Both the position numbers and the translations under genes were made by a program. A stretch of DNA of 63,544 nucleotides from Octopus bimaculoides (Eukaryota), in the NCBI RefSeq assembly GCF_001194135.2, contig NC_068993.1:32963019-33026562 (forward strand), in the 5' to 3' direction. Under the pieces are notes generated by a model that saw only the letters and a list, made by a program, of their open reading frames with translations, searched no databases and was not told where the DNA came from. Each line of letters starts with the position of its first letter. Positions within the stretch are counted from its first letter, which is position 1. Below are positions 1 through 45,300 of the stretch, one piece after another.

Positions 1-1350
1 TATATATATATATATTGATAGATAGATAGGCAACCTGGCATGCACATACACAACCAATTCCACTCATAAGATATTGGCTGGCTTGTGCTTATAGCACAGT
101 AGACTTGCCAAAGGTGTGTGCATAGAAAGAGTGAACCCAAACCATGTGATTGTGAAGAAAAGATCAGTTTTTAAGGTGATTTGGTACCTAGGTTAGGTTG
201 TGGAAATGGTCTACTTGGAGCCAGATTATTTGGTCTTGCTGCATGCTGTTCCCAAAATAAACAATCACAATATTCAGCTTTTTGTAACATGTTTATTTAC
301 AGATAGATGTTACAATAGTTACTCTATGTAAGCTGTTATAGTGAATACCAGTTGCTAGTTTGTGAGAGGAGAAAATGCATTTGTGCTTGGTGAGAAGAGA
401 TGTTAACTCTTAGTGCTTAGTGAGAGATGATCTTTTTACTCAAGATCAGAGTGGCATTGAGACCAACAGACCCAGAAAACCTCTATGAGTGCTCTCTCTC
501 TCCTCTGCTATATTCTGTGGTTGTGTATCTCATGCATCTCAATTTATAACCATGATTTGGCACAAAACTGCAAAGAATTTTCCATTGGATCACACCACCA
601 TTAAAAATGCATCATAACAGCTATTGACTGAAATATGGGCGAAGATCATTTGGTATTTTGTGGTCTTCATTTGCTATTGGATTGAAAAGGTTCCAGATGC
701 CAAGCACTGTTACAAGGTTTCATGATGGGCAGTGCACGAGAAATAAAAATCTCCTTAGACAATATTACAATCTATTATTGGTAGCAACATTTTTGATGAT
801 CTGATTCTATGATCTGATACTAATTCCTGTCAGCAAAGTTACAAAGAATACAACCTGGAAACTCCTGCTGTGTATTTGAACTCACATTTGGAGTTTGTGC
901 TCCAATACCTTATCCACTCAACCATTATGGTTATATGTTTTCAGGAAATTATCAGATTATGAGAATTAACCAACAAGTTTGAATGAAAGAGGCAAAGATG
1001 TTTATAAGAAAATATTCCTGGAGATTAGACAAATATTTTGATATAAAACATAGCAAGAAGAGAAACAACAGACAAGAAGTAAGGTTTATGGACTGCTTTT
1101 TTCTTATTTTGATGTCATGGTTAGATAAAGGACAAAGTCCAAATTCTTGTTTTAGGACATCAGTAACTGGTGGGATAAAAGAAAGTTATCTTTCCACCAA
1201 ACACCAGGCCTAAATGTTTAAAATGGGGTAGGCTTCATGAAGGTACTCAAGGGTCAGATGGCAATGTTAAACCGAAGTGGTAGGTTAACATTCTTCCCAA
1301 ACATTGTGTGGTAGACTTGTCAAGCTCTTCATTAATATTTGATAAGAATT

Positions 1351-1521
1351 AAGTGGCAAGCTAGAAGAATTGTTAGCACACTGGGCAAAATGCTTAGTGG
1401 CATTTCATCTGTCTTTACACTCTGAGTTCAAATTCTGTCAGGGTCAATAAAATAAGTAACAGTTGACTTACATCCCACCACCGAAATTTCAGGCCTTGTG
1501 CCTATAGTAGAAATGAATATT
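1351..1521 (+). mobile_element. tRNA-derived SINE, family A (GGCGAGCTGGCAGAA head; ...GGCCTTGTGC + ATT tail), internally deleted
   Basis: Shares head, GAGTTCAAAT B-box, AATAAAATAAGTA core and CCTTGTGC tail with many other copies in the window. Confidence 0.75.
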
Positions 1522-1751
1522 TGGTAAGGATAATTAATGAGAAACATTTAGAATTGCAAGACAGAATTTGCACAAAAGGATGTGAGTGGACATGTATTGC
1601 GCCTCATTTTATTTATTATGCATGTATTTTGGCTATTATTGTTGTCTCTCTTGACTCATTGCTGCTTTCCGTTCCTTCTCTTATCCTTTTCTGATGAGTT
1701 GTAGTGTACCTAAGTACTGTGTGACATTCATTTTTTAATTTTCTTTACCCA

Positions 1752-1948
1752 CTATTTTTGGGATGGTTGCAGGGGCAGAATCTTCGGACACCTCTTCCAT
1801 ACAGTCCTATCAGAAGCAACCACCATTACACTTTCTCATTGGGTTCCCAAGCATGACCAACTGAGACTATGGGTATTATTCAACCATCTTGTTCTTGGTT
1901 TATCATTAGGTCTCCTGCTAGTTGCCTTGACTTGAAGAATCTGTCTTG
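1752..1948 (-). mobile_element. Degraded RTE-clade LINE 3' end
   Basis: Minus frame RQILQVKATSRRPNDKPRTRWLNNTHSLSWSCLGTQ*ESVMVVASDRTVWKRCPKILPLQPS resembles the RTE/Expander ORF2 C-terminus (RPRGRPRTRW...DR..W...LPP.PS). Confidence 0.6.
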
Positions 1949-2084
1949 TAATTTTTTTCCTGTGACATTCTAACTACAGTTAAAGTTAATCAAAATTAAA
2001 TGCAAAAATGTAGTTAACAGCTGTGAGAATTTCTTCGAGTGATACTTTAATAATAATGATGATGATGATAATAATAACACACAC

Positions 2085-3534
2085 ACACACAAATGAAAGA
2101 GAAAATAAAGAAAGAATACTATACACGATTTTGATCAATACTAAAAACAGAGCTCAATGCTAAAAACAAGATAATAGGTATTAACACTCTAGCTGTCCCA
2201 GTTATAAGTTACAGCTACAATATCCTGAACTGGACACTGACCGAACTATCTAAAATAGACAGGAAAACAAGAAAAATAATGACAGTATCTTGGATGCACC
2301 ACCCAAAATCTGAAATAGAAAGGCTTTATATACCACATACAGAAGGTGGTAGCGGTCTTATACAACTGGAAAACTATTATAAAATAATCACCATAGGACT
2401 GCAAAAATACCTACTTGAGAAGCAAGGAAAACTAATACAAATAGTCACAAAACACGAGCAAAACAAAAAACTGTTTTCAGTATTTAAGGAAGCTGACAAA
2501 TACAAACAAGAAATCATACTACCTAATAAATACGAAGAAGTAGAAGAAGAAGAAGTAGAAGAAGAAGAAGAAGAAGAAGAAGAAGAAGAAGAAGAAGAAG
2601 AAGAAGAAGAAGAAGAAGAAGAAGAAACAACAAAAGCTATAAAACAAATGAAATCCAAACTAAAACTAGAACAGCAATGGACCANNNNNNNNNNNNNNNN
2701 NNNNNNNNNNNNNNNNNNNNNNNNNNNNNNNNNNNNNNNNNNNNNNNNNNNNNNNNNNNNNNNNNNNNNNNNNNNNNNNNNNNNNNNNNNNNNNNNNNNN
2801 NNNNNNNNNNNNNNNNNNNNNNNNNNNNNNNNNNNNNNNNNNNNNNNNNNNNNNNNNNNNNNNNNNNNNNNNNNNNNNNNNNNNNNNNNNNNNNNNNNNN
2901 NNNNNNNNNNNNNNNNNNNNNNNNNNNNNNNNNNNNNNNNNNNNNNNNNNNNNNNNNNNNNNNNNNNNNNNNNNNNNNNNNNNNNNNNNNNNNNNNNNNN
3001 NNNNNNNNNNNNNNNNNNNNNNNNNNNNNNNNNNNNNNNNNNNNNNNNNNNNNNNNNNNNNNNNNNNNNNNNNNNNNNNNNNNNNNNNNNNNNNNNNNNN
3101 NNNNNNNNNNNNNNNNNNNNNNNNNNNNNNNNNNNNNNNNNNNNNNNNNNNNNNNNNNNNNNNNNNNNNNNNNNNNNNNNNNNNNNNNNNNNNNNNNNNN
3201 NNNNNNNNNNNNNNNNNNNNNNNNNNNNNNNNNNNNNNNNNNNNNNNNNNNNNNNNNNNNNNNNNNNNNNNNNNNNNNNNNNNNNNNNNNNNNNNNNNNN
3301 NNNNNNNNNNNTTAAGTATAATAAAAAAATATTCAGACAAATACATAAAAACACCAGGACTTACAAATATATATAACATACAGAAAATTGCACTACTGGG
3401 CACTGCACACATCCTACGCAAAACACTTTCAATACAGTAACCATAAGAGCATCACAGCAAACCACAGCACATACCCAAGGTACACAGAGCTGTGCTCGGT
3501 AGTGAAGTGAAAGCACATTATAAAAATAAAACTA

Positions 3535-3537
<3 letters not shown>
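2085..3537 (+). mobile_element. 5'-truncated R4/Dong-clade (RLE-type) non-LTR retrotransposon copy 1, spanning the assembly gap
   Basis: KTELNAKNKIIGINTLAVPVISYSYNILNWTLTELSKIDRKTRKIMT...HHPKSEIERLYIPHTEGGSGLIQLE (post-RT region); after the gap the C-terminus IQKIALLGTAHILRKTLSIQ*, a short 3' UTR and an (AAT)15 tail. Confidence 0.85.
2685..3311. other. Assembly gap (627 N)
   Basis: Run of N inside the retrotransposon. Confidence 1.
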
Positions 3538-3582
<45 letters not shown>

Positions 3583-3583
<1 letters not shown>

Positions 3584-4081
3584 GAAAAATTGGTGCGACC
3601 ACAAACCTGAAGGCATCGTCGAAAATGGAAATGCAATGATCCTATAGGATTTTATGATTCAGTGCAACCATAAGATAGAAAATAGGAAGCCGGACATAGT
3701 CTTAATTGAGAAAGAAAACACACTATGCTGGATCATAGATATAGCATGCCCAGCTGACAACAAGGTATATGATAAGGAAGAAAGAAAAGTCGAGAGATAT
3801 GACAGGTTAGTTTGGGAAGTTAAGCAGTTGTGGTCGATGAAAAAGGTAGCAGTAGTACCAATAATTGTTGGAGTCCTGGGAACAGTGAGCAAAAATCTCG
3901 AGAAGTACGTGGAACAAATAGGGGTTGCAATAAGGGTGGAGCACTTGCAGAAAACAGCACTGCTTGGAACCGCTCGAATACTCCAGAAGGTGCTCGAAAA
4001 ATAAGAGGTGTTACCTTAGTTCACTGGTAGTGAACAGCTGACACTGTAATACATTTCCAGCATTAGAAGTTGTGCAAAGGC
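3583..4081 (+). mobile_element. 5'-truncated R4/Dong-clade retrotransposon copy 2 (different subfamily), restriction-like endonuclease domain
   Basis: W.DHKPEGIVEN...IL*DFMIQCNHKIENRKPDIVLIEK...CWIIDIACPAD...KEERKVERYDRL...VVPIIVGVLG...LQKTALLGTARILQKVLEK*: PD-(D/E)XK RLE. Flanked by (AAT)15 and (AAT)9. Confidence 0.88.
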
Positions 4082-6086
4082 AATAATAATAATAATAATA
4101 ATAATAATTAGGGGTTGATAAAATAAGTACCAGTTGAATACTGAGGGCCGATGTAATAAACTTACCCACCTCACCTGAAATTGCTGGCCTTGTGCTAAAA
4201 TTATTATTATTATTATTATTAAAGTATCACTTAAAGGAATTCCCACAGCTGTTAACTACATTTTTGTATTTAATTCTAATTAAATATTTTCAGTTTTACT
4301 TGCTGTGTCTGGAGGAAGGCAGCATTGCCCATAGCTCTTGCAAGCTTTCCTAGGCTGGTTAGACAGATAACATTGATATAAACCAACACCTGCTGAGAAA
4401 GATATGAGCATAGAGTGAATTCCACACAGCTAACATTTTGGGAAGTGTGAGCTGGATCTAGTGGCTAGGTGTGTGTGGATGCAGTATCAATGATTGGAAG
4501 AGGAGAGAGACGAGTAGGACAGGAATACCTGAATGGAGATGGTATGACCCTAAGCTGTTCTGAGGAGCAGAGGCCATTATAATGGTAGGTGAAAAGGCTG
4601 AAAAAGGGGATAGTGGGCATGTGGGCCAGATGCCGGAGGGTGTCTGAGTTAGTCAGGAGTTTCTGCGGGGTTGCTCAACTCGCAAGAATTAGCAGACAAA
4701 TCTCCCCCAAATCAAATCCTATCGTCTTCTGGAAGAATACATTGAATATTGTAGTTCTGTATAATCTCAAACGGACAGGCTGATCGTAGACAGACTGCCT
4801 TCAACTATAGAATTGTTCAATGAAGGAAGGTCTGGGTGTAAACAATGTTAAGCCTCATAGATTTTAAAATTTTTATTTCATTTTTACATGTGTGCACACG
4901 AAGAGGATATTGTGAGGGGTGTCGAGCAGGTCAACAAAATCGGAGACCCAAGTAAACAGTAGCTAATATGATGTAGAATAGTAGTAGTTAATTTAATATG
5001 ATGCTCGAAGGCCATGTTAAAAAAACACCGACACACACACACACACACACACAGTGTTTAACATGTACCATAACGGAAATCCATAGGGATCCCGGTTCAC
5101 AACGGGGGATTTCATATCACAATTGTGGGTAATGAAACGCTTTAACTCACATTTCGGTCTTTTATGAAGGTAATTTATAACTGAAAATAGTCTGGCGAAG
5201 GACCCAGATATTTACTGCTTTAATCCATTGTTCCTTGCATTAAATTAAAGAAATAATAAACAGTTAATAGTGTGTGTGTTTAAAAAAAATTTAATCCATA
5301 CATTTCTCTAATCCATTTATGGCATCGTCTGTATAAAGGCTGTATTAAATGTTGACACTGTATAAAGCCAACAGAGCAGACGAAATCGTCACTTCGTCTG
5401 TTCTATTTTTGTTCAGAACAAGAAGAAAAAAAAACAACTTTATTAACATGAGATAATAAATATATAAAAAATAATTATAAAGCGAGTGAAGTAAATACAG
5501 CAATCAGTTGGGAAAAGAAGCAGATACATCAATAGTTGTATTCCCAGAAGGCTTTTGTATTTATTCGACAAATTGTAGTCATTTCAGGTTTACTAAGGGG
5601 TTCACAACGTCGATAAACAGAAATTAAACCACAATATTGAGTAATGGAGAGAGAGAGGGGGGAGGAGAAATGTTGGGAGAGAAAAAAAAATTTCCGTCAC
5701 CAAAATTATCAACCGTACCTCACTACATTATCTCACCACACTCACACTTCTTAGGTCTGATCACTAGTCCCCCCCGTCTCTCTTGCCTTTGTTCTCCTCT
5801 CTACACATTATCTCTCTTTTCTCTCCATCGCTCTGTTTTTCCGTGTTAGTAACTCTACACACTGTCTTCTGTTCTTATTGTCTCTCTCTCTCTTTACGCT
5901 TATAATTATTACGCACCACACTCTTTTTCTTTCCTCTTACTACTACTAATACTACATTCTCTCTATCTGATTAACTTTCTCCCTTCCTCGGTCTACCTGA
6001 CTCTTTCTCTCTCTCTTTCTCTCCCTCACTCGGATTCGAGTTGAATCCTCCCCCCTTCACTTCATTTCATCTCTTCACTCACTCAC

Positions 6087-6111
6087 ACGTCACTTCCGGT
6101 CTGCATCCGGG
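6087..6111 (+). promoter_or_regulatory. Probable PHRF1 core promoter: overlapping ETS/CRE-half-site motif ACGTCACTTCCGGT plus a second CCGG site
   Basis: ACGTCACTTCCGG at 6087-6099 (reverse complement CCGGAAGTGACGT) in a locally CpG-containing stretch, about 60 nt upstream of a consensus donor GAG|GTAAGT. Confidence 0.6.
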
Positions 6112-6160
6112 TCTTGAATTAGTCATGGTGGATGCAAGTTTCTTTTAGCGGGTTGAAGAG
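6100..6160 (+). other. PHRF1: Probable non-coding exon 1 of PHRF1 (start approximate)
   Basis: Consensus donor GAG|GTAAGT at 6160/6161 directly after the promoter-like motif. An in-frame TGA at 6154-6156 makes it non-coding if joined to the acceptor at 10326. Confidence 0.6.
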
Positions 6161-7438
6161 GTAAGTACACAGACTAATTGTGTGTATCCCTATTACATTT
6201 GGCTATTTAGTTCATCCTGGATGTATTAATTAGGACAAACTTCAGATGAAGATAAAATCGTTTACAACAATGGAACAGGCCAATGGTCGTGAGTTAAATG
6301 CGAATCCAGAGTGAGTTTCTCGGTGTAATAAGCACAACGGTTTGGTTGAAGAGTCAAACAAAAATGTGTTGAATTTTTCACAGCCGACCATCAGCTTTGC
6401 TTTTTTCTCTTTCCTTCAACGTTATTTTGGTTTAATATTAAAGAATCTGACTATGTAGAGACATTGGAATGCAGATATTTAACACTAGACTTCTGACTTT
6501 GGCAAAAAAAAAACCATTTTCTGTTTCATATTTTCTCCTCTTCCGAAATGAAATTCTAATATGCAATTAATCCTGTCATTTCAGAGGGAAGTCTTGCTCT
6601 GTAAATTCTGGGTCATATTTCTTCTGATTAGTTTTACTATTGAGAACTACAAATATAGGTACTTACGTAGATATATATGTATATGTGTGTATGCATATAG
6701 TTATATAATGAGAATAAGAATAATAATGGAATTAAAAAAAGACATTTTCAGAGTTGAATATAAAATCCGAAACCATGGAACCATTATACCTCTTTCATGT
6801 AAACCTGTTTATAAACAACTGATGCTTAAAACGTATCCTTTATATATGTATATGTATTATACACACTCTGACACATTGTGTATTCTATACGTATTTGAGT
6901 ATGTACATTTGTGTGTGTGTATGTATGTATATATATACAGCGAAAGATAGGTCAGTTTAGGTTTCCTTAAACAGAGATTATTTCATCTGTGCATTCTAAA
7001 TTATTTCCATCTCAAATCTGTAACTTTTTCTTTAGGTTTATTTAATTATTTCACTGTCTTTAGATTCTGTATTCTTATACATATAGATGGCACCAACCCA
7101 CAGCCCTCCCTGCCGCTCAGAGGCCTACCTCTTACCCTTTCCTACTACAGATATTGTAAACAAGATTTATGTCTATCTATCTATGTCTTCATTGTGATAG
7201 ATCTGTATATTTTGTCAATAATCAATTTAGTTTCAACTCAAGTAGGCGTGTGTTATGGAACTGTTTGCCATTGTTTGATGCTTTTTGCATTTATTTTTCC
7301 TTGTCCATCTTGCCAAAGGTAGCAGACATATGTGTATGTGTGTTTCTGTCTGTATGTATGTGCTTATATATGAATATGTAATTATATTTGTGTATGTATA
7401 TAAAAATTTGTGTATATATGTGCATGTGAATAGTATAT

Positions 7439-7446
<8 letters not shown>

Positions 7447-7496
<50 letters not shown>
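7447..7496. repeat. (TA)n microsatellite within a TA/TG-rich low-complexity block (about 7330-7870)
   Basis: Direct reading. Confidence 0.95.
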
Positions 7497-7502
<6 letters not shown>

Positions 7503-7719
7503 CATACATATATATACACGTGTGAATACATATAATATATGCACAATCTGTATATAAATATGCAGATGTATGTATATAGTTCTGTATTTGTATGCAAATA
7601 TGTATCCATGTATTTAAGCGTATATATGTATATATTTATGCATAAATTTGGGTTCATATGTACATACATATGCATTAATATCTTCGTGTCCTTACATGTT
7701 TTTTGTATGGTATACACAC

Positions 7720-7771
<52 letters not shown>

Positions 7772-10411
7772 TTATTTCTGTATCTATATATAGATATCCA
7801 TATATTTGTATGTATATGTCTGTTCTATATATATTTGTGTATGTATATAATACACACACACACGTGTGTTTGGGAGTGAAAAAGAGTACTCAATAAGGTG
7901 TGTAGTTTTCCCAACTCCTGTTAATAGTCGCTTATGTCACCAACTTTTCATTACATGTGTGTATCTATTTATCTGTACACATACACAATGTGTTGAAATG
8001 CTTTTATGAACTTCATGTGATAATCTACCACTTTCTGTATAAAGTGATTCTTTAGCTCGTCATACCAACATATAATACACACATTTGTGTGGTTTCTGTC
8101 TTCAATATATTTGTGGCAATGTACGAGTACAATAAATAATTGTTTACTGCTATTATTATTGCAATACATTTGGCGATATTTGGTCTGCTTGTGGAATAGT
8201 TAAATGAGGCAGCAAGAATTATCGTTAATTTTGTTATTAAAGCTAAGAAAGTGATGAAGAATATTGAATGTTAATAGAAGACGACCATCGGAATGGTAGT
8301 TTTTTTTTTTTTTTGTCTCTTCAACACCTGACATAGCGAACGCTTCTTCGGCACCTCACATCGAGACATGGAACTGTGTGTGTATGTATAACGTCTGCAT
8401 ACATCAATGACATTGTAGAGTAGCAAATGTTTAATGTCGGTGTATATGACTCTACCTTTCCTCTCTGCAATGTTTAATGTAACCTAAATAATCCTCTATG
8501 TCTAGCAAGAAATGAATGCTTTGTTTCTATTTATTTATGACTTTATTTCTGTTTGTCCGTTTTTGTCCTGGCACATTATTGTTTAGACAACATTTCACAA
8601 ACTTTTCTTAAAGCCAAGAAATTAGTTTCACTTTTTATTCGACCTTATTTGATATTTACGTTATTTTAAAACACCTTTTTTGTTATTCCATTTCGTAAAA
8701 CCCAAACAAAACATTGAAATAAAATTTCTATTTTCATTTGTTAACCTATATATTTATCTATATTTGTTATTTATTTCTCCGTTTATTGTTTATAATTCTT
8801 GGATTATATTCAAAACCTATGTATAGGATGTTTGATAGACCTAAATACTCGCCCCTTGCGCTCGCTCTCTCTCTTTCTCTCCAAAGAACTGGTATAGCAG
8901 GGTTGTAGTTTCAAATAAATAGTATAATAACTTCCATGCGACTACTTGTAAGGAATAACAGCCAAATCTCCCTCAAGTCACACCCTATTGTCTTAAAGGG
9001 ACACTTCGTTCTTATGTTATGCTTAAAACAAACAGAGGTGATGATCGCGGCTTAAATACTTTTAATTATAGGTCTACTCGGTTAGGGCAGAACTGGTATT
9101 AACTAAAAGTGCTCTGTCCGAATCACCGAACTCTTCTCCCTCGTCTCGACACACACGCATACACACGGTTTACAAAATTTACTGTTTCGAATACTTGGGT
9201 CTCTGTATCAAGACGATGAGTTCTATTTGTATAATACGATGTAAATAACAGCATCGTTGACTAAGTTTTCTATAAAGTCTGCGAATCGGTTCCAGTGTCC
9301 GCTTGTTGCCATTCCACTGGTAAAAGTGAAGGTAGGAACATGATTTCCTTAAATAAATCACAGCCTAGGTATTTATAAAGATATTAATCGACTACTAACC
9401 CCCGGTAAAGATGAATTATAAAGAGATTATAGTATTTATTTTGCTTGCTTTTAGTCACTTCTTTAAATCTTTCTTTTTATAAGTTTCAAGTTGTATGTTG
9501 TGAATAACTAGCAAAGTGAAATTTTAATATCAAATATAACTTTAATTATAATTATCAGTTTCTTTTGATGAGGCTCTGAATTCCAATGTTTTTGTTGAGA
9601 GAAGGATTTGATAAAATAAGTATTATAGTAATGTGGTTTCTGATTTACTGATAGAATTTGATCTTGGAATTGTGATATAGAAATTTATAATATAGCACAG
9701 TTTTTAATATTCTGCACACTTGGCCATCTCAAATGCCCTTACAGTTATTGCTTTGTGAGACACAACCCCTATTTCATTTATTGATTATATTAAAGGAGTG
9801 TATTTCTGGAACTTAAGGTATCAACTCTGAACTTGGATAATGACAATTGTGTGATCTAACTGGGTGGGGGTGAGACATGAATTAGTATTGTGTATTTCAT
9901 TACTGACTTTAACCACTTCTCTCATTTCACTACTCTCTAATTTATTGACAGGTGAATGGCTAATGTTTTAGACAATTACATGTTTAGAAATGATAAATTG
10001 TTTTATTATTTACATCTACATTCCGTTTTGATTGATTTCTCCAGTCTTCATCAGGTATCTTATTTCTGGATGTGTAAACACTACCAGATTGAATTAGAAG
10101 TAAAAGTTTATAGTTTGATTTCTGTTTCATATCATCTAACATCATCCAGGAATAAAACGTTTGCTAGTGATTGATGATGAAACTATTCCAAATGTAATAG
10201 GTGTTAATATTAAAATATTTTTGTTAATGAGAAGCATAAATTGATAATTTTTCACCTTGTTAAGGACAGTATTGCTGTTGGTTTTTGTTACATATTGTTT
10301 CAACTGATGACACCATCTTTTACAGATGATTCTGTTTGGCCCAGATTAAAAAAAAAAAACGAAAAGATACCCAGCTTTTCTGGAAAGTTACTACATGAAG
10401 TGCTACTGGAA

Positions 10412-42392
<31,981 letters not shown>

Positions 42393-45300
42393 CTAGCAGC
42401 ATCTGACTAGCTTTCAAAGAAAACCTAGGACCATTTTACTAGCCTTCAGAGAGATAACTGGGATCATCCGACTGTTTTGAAAATCTGGTTTTGTAAAATA
42501 CATGTGTGTGTGTGTGTCTGTGTATGTGTGTGTATATACATACACACACATATATATATATGTATATGTATGTGGAGTGGGGAGGGGGTGTTCAAAGCTG
42601 TTCAAAAATGCATTTTTAATCACACAAGGAAAGAGAAGAGAGAAGAAACGAAGGAAAACAAAAAGAGGAGTAAGTGAAACAATGAGTTTTTGATGGCCAG
42701 CAGTATCATTATTTTACTCTTTTGATGAGTGGCCACCTCACTGAGACTATCCTAAACCTCATTTAAATCAAACTTGCATAACAGTGTGGCTCAAGCTTCA
42801 AACTTTCTGGATTTTTTACTACCATGAAACTCATTTTTCCATCCGTATATCTTCATATTATTATTATTATTATTATGGTGGTGAGTGGCAGAATTGGTAG
42901 AGCACTGGACAAATGCCTTACAGTATATATATATATAGTTATGTCCCTTTGTGTTTTGGGTTCAAATCTTGCTAGGGTCAACTTTGGCTTTTATCCTCTC
43001 CCTAGTAGCATAGGAAAGGTCTTCAGCACCCAGGAGCAAAGACAGTTTTGGCATCCCACCATAACCACCATGGTAAATGTGGGCGACTGCCACCTTATCA
43101 TGCTAGATTTTTGTTTTCTGAGTTGATATCAAATAAACAACCAGTCAACTATTGATGTTGATAAATTTGACTCCTGCCCTGTGCTCTTGTAAGCCTTTAT
43201 TTGATTTGACAATAGAAAGGAAACTAAAGGGTTAGGGTGGTAGATTGGCAGACTTGTCAGAGCAATGGAAGCAATGCCCTGTGGCATTTCTTCTATTTCT
43301 TTACATTCTGAGTTCAAACCCCCACCGTGGTCAACTTTGCTTTCCATCCCTCTGCGGTTGATAAAATAAAGTACTACTTAACGTGCTGATGTTGATGGCA
43401 TCCACTAAGTCCCCTCCCTTCAGGATTGCTGGCTTTGTGCCTAAATTAGAAACTATTGTTATTATTAATGTTATTAGAAATTATTACTAAGGCAGAAATG
43501 GTAAAGTAAATCACTAAATATGTTTACGATGTTTACTCTGATCTGATCCCATCAAGTTCTGCTTTGATGTGTCACATTGTGATGAGGATCCTTAGTCTAT
43601 AACAACCTCTGTACCAGTGATATATTGGCTATTATACTCAATAGACTACACCTTCCATCCCTACAAACATTGGCCTTGAATTTCTGAATCATTTTCATTA
43701 ATTAAAATAACTAATCAAAGAGTAATGGGTAGCAGGCAGAGTGGTGAATGAAATGCCTTGTGGTATTACATCCCATCCCTTTTAAAGTGAAATTTTTGTC
43801 TGGGCCTGACTTTACCTTTCATCTCTTTAGCATTGTGGCGGTGAGTTCCAGCCAAGTATGGCGCGAAGGGTTCGATATCTATATGTGGCTTTGTACCGAT
43901 GTTAGGATTATCATTAAAGTATTTTTCTTTTGATATAAACCAATCTAAAATGCGACCCTGGAAATACAAGAATAATGAACTACATCTGAGAGACCTGACA
44001 TATTTCATTGTGTGGACAATAACTTAATTCTCTGTCAATTTTGGGGTCTCCTGTGCTTGTGTCACTCATAACTATTGGCTTTTCAGTCAATTTTTAGACA
44101 TCGGATAGCATCTTCTGCTGTGATGATGCTGTCTCTCTCTCGCTCTCTTCATCCATTCATAGAAAAATCTACTCCAGCATAAATGTTACCAAATTCTTAG
44201 TGAGACTGACTGCTGCCAGCCACACTGCCTTCTTTTAATGATGTTACCATGGATACTGGTTGACATTTATTTTTTCTTTTGGCTACATTCTACACTTGAC
44301 AACATTGGGTCTAGCTAGATATTTTCAAAACTGGTTGATTTATACACACGTGTGTCTGTGTGTGTGTGTCTGTTTATATGTGTATATATATAGAGAAGTA
44401 TGTATATAGGTGTGTATAAATGTGTATATAGATGTATATATATGTATGTACTGATGTGTATATGTATATATATATACATATATATATATATAGGTAGATG
44501 TATGTATGAGTGTGTGTATATAAAATACCTTGTTGGATTTTTTGTCCTGTGTACTAATGCCAAGACTAAGTGTGATAAAGATTCAACATTTTCAGTGATA
44601 TAAAATTGGGGGGTACAAAAAAAAACACATGTAAAACAAACAGTAATAATAATAATTAGTAACAGAATATATAAAGAAAAAACATTGAAGTACAATAAAC
44701 GAAACCAACAAACAATTGATGGTTATTGGTCGCAGTTACTAGCTAAGATTACTTTTGATCTGTGATTGATGATTGTTTTGTTATCTGTGAAAACCTGAAG
44801 GAAGGGAATAATAACCAGAAACGGACTAAAATAAGCAAAATTCTCTTGAAAACCTGAGCAAAATGATATTGGATTTGAAAAATGGAAAAAAAAAAATGCA
44901 ACAGAGATGTATCAGAGACAATTGATGTTTGAGATTTTCTTGTTTTAAAGAAACAAATTGAAACTGGTGAAGAGAGGAAAATATAAAACATTTTTTTTTT
45001 TTTTTATGTGTGGAAAAATAAGTGACTGAATGAATGCCTAAAGGACATCAACATCAAGAACAACAATAAAATCAACATGTAAACATTTCTTATGATTTTC
45101 CAACTAAATTATATTGCAGTTTACATGCTAGTGGTTCTAGCAGACTCTCTTTCTCTCTACCTCTCTCTCTCTCTCTCTCTCTCTCCATAAATTTTCTAAA
45201 CTGTAAATATTTTTCTGGTATTTAAAGAAGAGTGAACAATAAACTCCGTAGTGCTGCCATTTCCATTAGTTCTTCAAGAACTTTTTCCTAAGACTAAAGG

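Noticed and set aside
180-1260. Possible old mariner and CR1-like remnants at window start
   Set aside because: Too degraded to assign by eye; no convincing motif chain.
2377-3421. Long ORFs with X runs on both strands
   Set aside because: Artefacts of translating through the N gap; only the flanking R4-like peptide is real.
7169-7896. Overlapping ORFs rich in YIYI/CVCV/HTHT (also at 40928-41278, 42414-42693 and 44315-44695)
   Set aside because: Translations of (TA)n, (TG)n and (CA)n microsatellites.
10241-10411. ORF track extends PHRF1 upstream of ATG 10412
   Set aside because: It starts at a non-ATG codon in intronic sequence upstream of the acceptor at 10326; joined to the putative exon 1, the frame is closed by TGA.
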